In this document: piece by piece, positions 1 to 10,628 of the stretch
Numbering within the stretch: the stretch's first letter is position 1
How the letters are laid out: each line of letters starts with the position of its first letter
From: Massalongia carnosa
Lineage: Eukaryota
Direction: 5' to 3'
Assembly: GCA_965645245.1 (NCBI GenBank)
Contig: OZ287068.1
Location: 1,426,001 to 1,490,000 of the forward strand
Length of the DNA stretch: 64,000 bases
Translations under genes and position numbers: made by a program
Notes under the pieces: model-generated
Told to the model about the DNA's origin: nothing
Seen by the model: the letters and a program-made list of their open reading frames with translations, nothing else
The model's database searches: none

Positions 1-305
1 TATGGGCACTCAATCAAACGGCAATCCTTTCTGTGGTCGGAAGATCCAAGTGGAATTGAACGGGAAAACTGCCACCGGGACCGTCATGGACAAGTGCATG
101 GGCTGCGTAAGTTCTTTCTGGTCCTTTCATGCTCTCTCAGAGTCTTCCCAACCACATGCAACTACGAAGATGCGAAGGACTTTATGTTAATATTATTTGC
201 GTACAGTCTGGGCAATCAATCGATTGCTCCCACCATCTGTATGACGAGTTGGGAGTCGAATCCGTGGGCCGCTATCACGATGTGAAGTGGCGCTTCGTTT
301 CCTAA
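1..305 (+). CDS. 3' part of RlpA-like double-psi beta-barrel / expansin-like (Asp f7-like) protein; 5' end outside window
   Basis: [10 protein letters not shown]...[10 protein letters not shown], then intron 107-206 (GTAAGT...TACAG), then [16 protein letters not shown]...VKWRFVS* (TAA 303-305); DxCxxC...D pattern of the family. Confidence 0.8.
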
Positions 306-1228
306 GCGGACGAATCTGTCAACGGAGGGGGCGCAGCAATGCCTTTCCGCAAACTTTTCTGGCAGCTTGCACCTTTTTTGCTTTGTTCCCATTTCATGCG
401 ATCTATTGGAGTAGCCAAGCACGTCTCAATCAAGAATCAAGATTTGCCTAGAGCAACCCATCTTTTGCGTTGGAATGTGGTTGATTCTTTCGTAAGGGAC
501 CAATGACCGCCAAGTGCGCTGGAAATCTTTAAGAATTCATGCGCGCACAGGCTTTATGGGTTTTGAAAACCAATGACTTGACAAAGAACGAATTGATGGA
601 TTTCCTTTATTTTTTTTATTATCTTCGAGCCCTAGAGTATCAGGATTAGAATAGCTTTATAAAATCCAAAACTTGTTATAACCCCCACCAACATGATGAA
701 TCAGCGGAACGCTTTTATGTTATTTATTCTTGACCAGGAAAATCCTTTGTCATTGCGCCCTAGCTTATGCTTCTCCCCTTTTGACGCCTAGAACCACCTT
801 CGCTTGGATACATGCCATACCTATTCTCTTCTCATGGTCCTCCCCTTTCCCCCCTCCATGGCCCCCTATTTCTAGCTCGTCATCTACAAATTGCCGCTCT
901 ACTCGCTTATATACAATACAATACCCCCCTGTTAGGATGCTACCGTCTTTGCCGGCCCCGTTTTCACCTTTCTCCTCTCTCTCCCTCCTGTTCTCGATCC
1001 TGTAGGTAGGTAAGTAGGTTTTCCTTTTCTTGCTCGTAACTACGCTCTCTTTGTTTCGGATTTTGTTTCCCCCCCCCCAATTCTCGCTATTCCCATCCCC
1101 TTTACGAAAAGGGAAATAGTGAAAAAACCAATACATACATATTCATGTTACTCACGTACGTAGGCACGAGTCGGGAAAAAAAGGGGGGGGGGTTAGACAT
1201 GGTTAGACAGTGTTTGAGAAAGGTGGTA

Positions 1229-1486
1229 GAGAGAGAGAGAGAGAGAGAGAGGGAAGTACCACATACTACTTGGTAATAATACAGTACATACGTACATACC
1301 CGCCTAGCCACCTAATTACCTAGCTCCCTAGCTAGCAGGAATTTTTTTTTTGCAGTTTGGGGGCTGGTTATCCCCGCCCGCGCTTGGCTGAATGTTCGTT
1401 GGTTTAGTTGGTTAGGGTTTGCTTGATTGCTTGTGTGGGTTTTGAGAGAGAGAGGAGGGGGAAGAAGAAGAGAAGAAGAAGAAGAA
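1229..1486. repeat. microsatellite/homopolymer-rich intergenic tract: (GA)n ~1229-1250, (GAA)n ~1460-1486
   Basis: directly visible simple repeats. Confidence 0.85.
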
Positions 1487-1644
1487 GGGAGTCTATGCAT
1501 GACTGACTAGCTGGTCAAGATAAGAAAATTAAGGTAGAAAAGAATTTCTCTCCCTATCCAAACCCACCCCGCTGCCATCGCGGTTTTCCCGTTGCCTCCT
1601 CCCCCCCCCATTTACTAGAGGAAGGAACCTTTCCCCCTCCACTT

Positions 1645-3046
1645 TCATCTCTTCTCCGCAACGCCCGTTTCCTGCCCGGCCCAAGCCCTCTCCCTCGCTC
1701 GCGCTTCCATCTGCCTACCCCTTGCCTCGGCTTCCAATGCCCTCTCCCGCGCCCGCATCTCAAACTCCGCGTTCCGGGCCGCCCCCTCCAGCGCGCTCGC
1801 CTCAGCCTCCGCTTCCAGCCTCCCCCTCCGATCGCAGCCTCGTCGACTGCGTCGCTCCGCGCGCCGTTCCGCGCGGAGGCACTTGCGTTCGTTCGGCCTT
1901 ACGGGCTTTCCTAGCCGATTTGCGCGCCGCTTTGAGCTCGCGCGCGAAGGTCTTGAGCTCGGCTTTCAGCTCGCGGGAGACGGGCTTGCGCTCGCTGCGG
2001 GGAAGGGCGTGACGTTGGGCACGTAGGTTAGAGCGGAGTTGACGGAAAGTGGCTTTGAGGTTTCGAGGTTGCGTGGTGGCGAGGGAGAGGCGGAGGGAGG
2101 CGAGGGTTTCCTGGAGAGACGGGAGGGAGGTTGCGTCAAGGTCTTTGGAGGAGAACGAGGACAGCGAGGAGTCTGACGACGAGGATGAGGACGAGGATGA
2201 GAAGGAAGATGATGAGGCGAGGGAGGCGGATCGGTGGCGGTACGAGCCGTGAGTTTGTTGGCGCTGCCAGGGGGCCTGTCGATGCTGTAGCCGCCGTAGT
2301 TGCTCCTCCCGTTCGATGCGTCGGCGCTCGACGTATGCTGGGGCTTCAGTGGTCCTGCTACGAGCCCATTGGAGCGGTGATTGACCGCATGGTTGAGGAT
2401 CCTGACTTGTTTGGCTTGGTCGAAAAGGCATTGAAGTGCCCTGTGACGCCGGAAGACGGGTTGTCGAAGTGTATGCCGAAGCAAGGGCCGGTACGAATTC
2501 GGGATGAATATGAATTCCTCGAGGCCCGAAGAAGCCTTCGTTCCACTCAGCAACCACTGCTTCAATCCTCCCTCGGTCTTCAAGGGTATCTGCCTTGAGA
2601 CGGAAGTTCGTATTGCTATTCCAGCTGTACTTTGGCTTCTCCTCGGCTCCCACGACATGGGCTGGAAGAAGATAATTTACAAAGGTACCCCAATCGGCCG
2701 TCTGCACATCTCGGGCCTTGTATCTCTCTTTTGGTGTAGGAAATTCTAAGCTCTCCCGAGTGCCATTGGGAAGGATAATCATATGGTGCTCCAAGAGGCA
2801 ACTGGGATACTGAACAGTGCAGGGCCGTTCTTCAAAGTAGGCTGTGGCCGAAGCGAAAGTTGACTCTTCGCTCGGAGGGGTTGGACAGATGTATCCACCC
2901 CGCAACGAGGTTCTGACGGATGGTGCATCAAGACCTGAACTCGCACCCGACAGGGGCGTAGCCGGGATATCTGGCGAAAGGCCATCTTGAGGGGTATATG
3001 GCGGTGGGGGGGGATCCGCCGACTCAGCAGGAGCAGAGGACCTCAT
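1645..3046 (-). CDS. hypothetical fungal protein (PPPPY N-terminus, Ser-rich tract, basic coiled-coil C-terminus) with an apparent frameshift at ~1887-1894
   Basis: 423-aa ORF 1802-3073. Removing one copy of the GTTC duplication at 1887-1894 continues into a coiled-coil-like frame (KAERKCLRAERRAERR...LEAEAEASALEGAARNAEFEMRARERALEAEAR) ending at TGA 1645-1647. Confidence 0.65.
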
Positions 3047-3772
3047 CTTCCTATCTCTTTCCACACCGCACATGTGTGTTTTCGATATTTCAACGGAAAA
3101 TACTCATGAAGAGTGGAGGTGAAATGATACTGGAAACAGTAGGAAACACTGAGTGGATGGATGGCAAAAGCAAACGGGCAAGTTGATATAGTTGGCATGA
3201 ACGCTGGGGCAACATTGGGTGAATTTCAACCTCGTCGTCAGCGATTTGGTTTATCACGCAAGTATTCTGGAATAAAAAACGCGAATGAGGCTACGAACTC
3301 CACTGCAGCATCGGCCGATTCTTCAACAGACAATTGAAGTTATCCAATGATCTAACAACGGCACAGCGCCTGTACATACTTACGTCCTTGCTGTGTTGAG
3401 CAACATGTAGAGGACGCTGATAGGATCCTAGCCGGGACCTTCTGTTATCTCATTGCTATTGTTGGTGGAGGGCATCAAGTACCTAACCTAGGTAGGTAAC
3501 GTTGGGCATGCGAACGTAAGCTTTCGTGGCTTTCCACCCTCAACATCAAGTGATCGAATAGAACGTCATCGAGTCCTTACTCCCCACCACCATTCTATAT
3601 CTAGGTATCCAAGACAAGATGAGACATTACGATGTACTCGTACTACGAAGCTTGCAGTGCCTCTGTATATCCTTTGGTTTTATGAAGAGAGAAGATAGAA
3701 GAAAGTCTCGCTGTATCCATTTTCTTATCAAGAGATACGCGCCTAAACGTCTACACCTCCCAGAAGGCATCT

Positions 3773-6470
3773 CTATTCAAACACACACTTTTCCCCCTTG
3801 GTACCTTTGGAAATTTCTTCTACCGCAATCTTTTCCCCTGTTTTGATAGCCGTCTCGATGTCCTTTTTCCGGACTTGACATTCGGCCGAGTATTTGCAGA
3901 TGCTTGTATCCCTCCAAAATGTATCACAAATTGAGGTGGATCCGTAGACATCAACGGTCAGAGCGAAAGCCACCAAGCCTGTGGTCGTGGAAATCATTGC
4001 AAGAGAGTTGAGCTTGTGCGCAAGCGGGAGACAGATGAGGATGAGTGCTACCCCTACACGAACGGCGAGTCGATGTTTTTTAGCGATCCGCTGTCCTTCG
4101 AATTCTTTATGAACATGTGCCATAGAGATTGCGCCTACTTGATTAGCACGGGAACAGCAACGCAAGGCCAGAACCAGGGGAGGCGAGACTTACTCATGCA
4201 CAGCAGGGCAACCCCCAAGCCCGCACAATAGAACCAGCGCATGCCTATTGGAATTTCTTCTTCCGAACGGGCTTCATATATTCCATCCAACGAGTGGACG
4301 TCGGTATCGCTATAGTCATGTGCGAGCACGATTTTTGATAGGGAAGCGCTAGCAATGACGTAGCCCATGATAAATGGCAAATGGATGGAGATCCAAACCG
4401 TAGCTAGAGCAGTGGTGAGAAGAGCAAAGTAGTCGTCAGGGATCTGGGGCTTCGTACATGATATAATAGAACGCCGAATCGCATGAGTGTGAATATTGAT
4501 TGCGTCTATCGTGAAGTCAGCCAACGCGCTTTGGCAACTCGGTACGATGAGATGCTTCACCAACTTCAAAGTACAGCCAATTGAAGCAGAAAGCCTGGAT
4601 TAGACCAAGGATGCTCTTTCCGAAGAACCTTCGCTGCATTAGAGATAGGCCCCTCCAGCAATAAAAGCAGGGTACTTACGCATTAATACCATACGCCGCC
4701 TTGTTCTGGTAAAGAAGTGCTAAGACCGAATAGCCAAATACTAGGGTTACAAAAGCACTTGTACGCTCAGCTAGATCACCATTTAGCCACGAATATTTGC
4801 AAGCTGGGAGACATAATACTCTTATGCTCTATGTTCACAGCTATATCAAATCAGCCTCATGCAGCAAAAGCATGGCATGCCTGGCTTGCCTGGGAAGAAT
4901 TCGAACCAGTGGGCGAATGTAGTAGCAAGCCTTGCGGGATATTTCTTTAAGTTTCTGAAAAATACTATGACTAATATCATGCCATAGAGATCTTATCAAG
5001 GTTGTTAGCATATTAGGCTTCGAGGAGTACATTACTCGAGAGGTCTTACCGAACAGAATGGCAACCCATATCAGACCGAGTCGATTGGGATAGTCTACAT
5101 GAATGCTCGCAATCCAAAGTGTAGATGGAATCAACACCAATACTGTGTTGGCAAGCATGTAGCCTCGTACCATCGGTAGCATGTATGATATCCAGACATA
5201 GTAAGAAGCAGCAAATAGCCTTTGGGAAAGCTACAAGGAGTTAGTATCATGATTCCGGGTATGGGACTAGGAATATCTTTTGTAGTAAGGAGACCGTGTG
5301 CCATGCGTAACGTCATTTATGAAAGCGCATCGACGCTCCCTTACATCAAGTGGTCACGCTTCATGCAGGCATGATAGAGGAGAAGGAGGGTGAACCTACA
5401 AAGAAAGCAATAAGTTGTGTCCAGGTAGTATTAAAGGCATTGACTATGTTTAAAGTGTAGCCGAACAGACATATCATCTCGAACATAACCCAGAGACGCT
5501 GGAAAATGTCGTCTAAGAACGATTAGTTATGATCTTAGTGTGCACGGCGGCGAAACTGTACCTGTTTCTATCGCAGCAGTTCCGTTAGAGACTTGTTCAC
5601 TTCACTTTCTGGGGTGGAGACGAAGTACCAAACCAACTAATTATCAAGGTAAGATCGGACCACATTTTCCAGCCTATAGCGAAAACGATGGTGAATTTGA
5701 GGAGACCATCGCCCGTGGGATTTTCTGCAGCACTATCACCCACAATCGCGATGATTCCAACATATAAGAGGTCCACGAAAAGCTCGTAAGATGCCACCTC
5801 CTCAACATCGGATGCGCGCCAGAGTAAGCCTTTGTGAAAGTATTGCCGGACTACAGGCTTTTTCCAGAACTTAAGAGGCTTCCCGTTTCGAAGTTCGGCA
5901 TTCCAGTCCCTTTTCTCATGGCCATTTAGGGTTGTAACGGAGATGGAGTTAGCGGAGGAGTCTGGTTCGCGGGTTCCTACATGTCTTTGAGTTGGAATGA
6001 ATGATGGTGCTCCATCCGTGCAAACTCACTTAGATGGGCGTCGTAACCATATTTTGAGAAGTTTGCGTCCAGAGAGACACCATGCTCAGTGAGCAAATGA
6101 AGCTCGGTAGACAATGCATTAAGCTGGGTATGGACGTGTTCAAAGTCTGCGTACAAACCCTTATGGGTCTCTCGTAGTTCTTGACGGCATTGCTCATGAT
6201 GGGCGTGTATTTCTCTAACCACGCTCAGCTAAGAAATGGTCAACCAATGCGCTGTAAATTTTAATCATCAATACTCACATGCTCATCAGATCCATGAATG
6301 TATATATCGAATTCGCCATCCGGCTCGACTGTGGACAGAGTTCGTCGAAGTCTCTCGTGTTCCTCAGGCGAACCAGCGATGTGTACTCTTCTCCCATTGG
6401 GTCTCAGAAGCTTCCTCAGCCACTTACCATGATGAGCGGACGTATTTTCGAACACCGGTGTTGTCGCCAT
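3773..6470 (-). CDS. low temperature requirement A (LtrA)-family membrane protein, many exons
   Basis: ELFVDLLYVGII, WFETDDIFQR, FPAVNIEHKTERTSAFVTLVFGY, IHTHAIRR, WISIHLPFIM motifs assembled across introns; ATG 6468-6470. Confidence 0.85.
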
Positions 6471-7604
6471 CGGTAGATTCGTATTACATGTAGCCCTCTG
6501 ACTTTGAAAGCACGACAATAATGGAGATTTGGGACCTAAGATTATGCATTATATACTCCAAGTGCGCCCAGCCCATCGTCTCCGCGCATTGCCGGAAACA
6601 TCTCTACGAGTGAGGGCCAAGGAATCCGACGGTTTTGAGGCGGGTATGCAGCCACAGCGGGATAAATAATTGTGCTTCAGCTCGTGGCATATCAGAAAAC
6701 CACCATTCATAAAGGGCTTAAACATATCAGATTGATTTGAGTCATTTTAAACCCTAAGTTACACGACAACTTATGTTAGGAATCGAGAAGATTGTCTCGT
6801 CTTTTCTCTTGCGTACCTATTGGTAGGGCCAACCAAGATACATAACTGAACATCGAGACTGGGTCAGTTTCCCCGAGACTCCGATCAGTTTTGGCACTAG
6901 TCGGCGTTCCAAACGATTTCACCGACCACATTTAGGGTCAGCGTAGATGGTGCAAAAAGGGGTTGGGAAGACGTCTCGTTGTCACCCAACGGCACTTTCG
7001 ACTCCATACCTAATCCGAACGTGCCCAGGAGTCTTCAAACACAGAGGCTTCAATCTTGAGGGACTTCGTTTGCTTGAGATGCCTAAGAATATGTTCTTGT
7101 GCTCTTACGACAACGTTCGAGAACAAGCAGCTGCGCGCATGGAGAGTTGAGTTGCAAACCCTGCTTCATTTTGTTTGGACCGATTCAAAATGAAGAAAGA
7201 TTTTCTTTCCACCATTCTGAAGACAACCCATCACGCCGAGTAAATCGGAGGTTTGAAGATTTTGTATAAACTATCGTAGAGTGGAACATGAGACAAATGC
7301 TCTCTCTTCGTCCCCGTCGAATTTCCAAGATTCAGCTAAGGCCTGAGGGAGAGGTTCCTCCTCCTAGCACAAACCCGAGTTTAGTTAGCTGTCCTATGAG
7401 TTCCGCTAATGCTGAATCAGGACACGTGGAACCCCAACGCCTTTCATGTAGAGACAGCTGATGATGGAGCTAGCGCTTGCAAACCGTAGCCCTCCACCAA
7501 ATTGCGAATCTACTTTACGCCATCTTAAAACCTTCTTTGGCAGATCCACGATGCCCCTTCTCCTCCATTAATGTTGTTTCCAACGTATGGCAGGCAGCTC
7601 TTGT

Positions 7605-8383
7605 CTAAATTTTCGCCTCGTTTCGCTCGATCAAATCACCTACCCCTAATCCGATGCCAAATTTTACTTTCCTCTTCTTTCCCTTTGCCTTCTCACCCCC
7701 CTTTTCTCCACCCTCCTTCCCCAAATCTCCGACCTCCTCCCCTTCGTCGATTTCTGCATCTGCTGTTTGCTCTTTGATGAATGTTAGATCCATCTTCATG
7801 CTGAATGCATCCTCTTTATCGGCATAATATTTTGCTTCCGTCTTTTCTACCTCGAAACCTAAAGTGTCCTGATACAACCGTTTTGCAGCGATATTTGAGA
7901 CGCGCACATGTAGCGAGACGTACTGTGCGCCATAAGACTCGACCATTGCTCGTTCTAACGCTCATTAGCCTTGCTCATGATCATAATGTACAGGTTGAGA
8001 ATTTCCGCACAAGCCCTTAACGACAAGGCCACTGCGCAAATGAATTACCGAAGCGATTGAGGGTACATACGGCTTTGGCGCATCAACTTCTCCGCCAAAC
8101 CTAGCCTTCTATGGGTTCTCATAACGCTTAGGCTTGTGATATGTCCATGCTGTACGTTATTTATGGGTTCCTCTTCCATCTTTGCTAGCACGTAGCCAAC
8201 GATTTTAGGAGGATCGTAAGGAGTACGCTTGGGTCTCGAAGTATCCACAGCGACATACGAGAGTTGTGGCCATGAGAGAGCATGGTAAAGGTAGTATTTC
8301 AAGAAGTAGTTCTCCGGGAGATTGGTAATGTTAGTCGATTGAACGTGGGGGATATCAGCAGCAGTAAGAACACGAATATCCAT
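7605..8383 (-). CDS. ARD1: N-terminal acetyltransferase A catalytic subunit (GNAT), 2 exons
   Basis: [78 protein letters not shown]. Confidence 0.96.
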
Positions 8384-9539
8384 TGCAGATGAATGTTAAC
8401 TACAACTAGTTGTCAAACAAGAAAAGCAACAGTGATACTTGAGGATCTAAGAGCAAATATGAACTATGCGAAAGGTAATCGATAGAAGGCTAATCATGCT
8501 CTGTTCATTGCGGTTTTGCATCATTTGTCAAATCATTGGGCGTGCGGAATATCCCGAAGATAGTTTGTGTTGTCAGTCTTAGCGGCGTACTAGCGGGACA
8601 CGGTCAAAAAAGTCTTCGGCAGTCTGAGCCAATCAGATCCATTTTCTAAAACCGTTTTTATTCGCATTCGCTCAAGCTTGTTATATCTTCCTATTCGCGA
8701 ACTCCTTCCCCTTGACAACCCACACAGAGAAATCGATAACCATCATCCACAACGGAACCTCACTGCTTCAACTTTTGCATACACCTGTAGCAATACCTTT
8801 TAAATCATTCTACCAGCTTTCAAAATATCTCGTCAATTTTGGCACCACAGATTCGGAAATCCTCACATTTGTGAGGGTGATCACCACCTCCAGAAACACT
8901 GCTGCAGCTCCACGAAACTTGCTCGCCATCAGCCACAACTGCATGAGACTGACGGCCAGGTCTTTTCCAAAGCTTCCCCGTTATCATTGACAGCGTTCTA
9001 TAAGTTTACAGCGCATTACGCCTTACGCAGCATCCAAAGATCACCCCTAACTACGCCCTAGAGAAGGTAACAAATCGCTAAGCTAAGGATCGGCTTACAT
9101 TATTTCGGTCGCTCCTTCTGCAGCAGATCATTATTGAATGAAGAGTCTCGACAGTTCTGTGGTACTTCAGTGTTCATCGAGTAAGTCATTTAAGATTGTT
9201 TTTAAATTGGCAGCACAAGATCACCTTACCTTGGATTCGCTCATCTAGTTGGGTTGGTGACTTTCAGTATAATTTTAAATTCACCAAATACTTTTCATAG
9301 CTTCTCTATCTCCTCCCAAGTTATCATTCTAATAGTCTACAATCTTTGCAGTCATCGCATTGATCATCTGCACCTCCTCATTTGTTATCATCATAATCTA
9401 TCCCCTTAACAAATATCACCTCGATTCATCTTAACTCCTTGCCACCTTCCCACTTATCGCTCTACCATCTAAAATCCTTCTGGTTATTACCCGCGCTCTC
9501 CTGTCGCCTCTATATTCTGCACCTAAAGATTCGTTCTTT

Positions 9540-10500
9540 CTAGAGCCACCGCCTTTTAGAGTCGTGGCTTTCAGAGAATTCAATATTTTCGTCTCGAAAT
9601 CATCACCCTTAGCTTGGAGTCGTCATCGTCTTCGAAAGTTGTCGCCATTGGGTTTGCTACTTCATAGTAACATATATCAGATCTCTACCTCCAGAATCAT
9701 CATCCTCAGAGTCGTCGTCCTCATAGCCGCCGTCTTCAGAGCAGCTAGCATTTTTAGAATCACCATCTTCTGCACCATACATTTCCAAGTCACCTTTTCA
9801 CGGCACCACATTGATAAAACTATATTCAGAACCATCATCCTCAGAGTCGAAAACTTCATAATCGTTGTCTTTAGACTTATCACCTCTCAAGTCGCCGTGT
9901 TTAGAGCTAGGATCTTCCGGATCACCTTCCAAATTATCTCATTCAGAGTCATCTCCCTCACAGCATCATCTTAAAATACATCATCTTAAGTATCGCTAGG
10001 TTTAGAGCTAGGGCTTCAGGATCACCAACTTCTGAATATTCATATTTAGAGTTATCTTCATTACAGCTTCATCTAAAGGATTGCTACCTTCAGGATCATC
10101 ATCTTCAGAATCGTTACCTTCATAGTTGCTATCTTCAGAGCCAGCATCTTCGGGATCATCATCTTAGGATTATCGCTTTCGGATTCGTCATCTTCAGAGT
10201 CGCCAAGTCCTCCAGGATCACCTTCTGAATAACTACTTTCAGATTCTTTTCCTTACAGCATCACCTTAAAAAGCGCTATCTCCATAATCGCCGTCTTTGA
10301 AGCAAGGGTCAATCGAATCACTATCTTCTAAATTGTCATTTTCAGAGCTGTCGTCCTTAAATGCATCATCTTAAAGTCGCCGCCCTCAGACACCCCATAT
10401 TTAGAATCATCACCTTTAAAGATTATTACTTTCCTATTCGCCCTCTTTAGAGTCATCATCTCTAAAGTCATCGATTTTGGGACTATCACCTTTAGACTGA
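9540..10500. repeat. degenerate ~15-bp tandem array, + consensus RTCRYCRTCYTCAGA (minus strand reads S-E-D-D/G-D)
   Basis: in-phase units, e.g. atctctacctccaga / atcatcatcctcaga / gtcgtcgtcctcata / gccgccgtcttcaga (9681-9740) and atcatcatcttcaga / atcgttaccttcata / gttgctatcttcaga (10095-10139). Confidence 0.8.
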
Positions 10501-10628
10501 GTGCCTTTACCATAATTCATCTTTACAACAAACAGCTCGTCATCAGTCAGCGTCTAACTTATCGCTTCTGTCATAATTACCTCTCTCACAAACACCTTTC
10601 TTTGATCTTTAGCTCTCTACATTTCAAG

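Noticed and set aside
765..1136. 123-aa minus-strand ORF and overlapping short ORFs
   Set aside because: Low-complexity purine-skewed intergenic sequence; no recognisable motif and no convincing link to adjacent genes.
7605..7616. ARD1 ends in -AKI, a PTS1-like tripeptide
   Set aside because: NatA is ribosome-associated and cytosolic; a single tripeptide match is likely chance.
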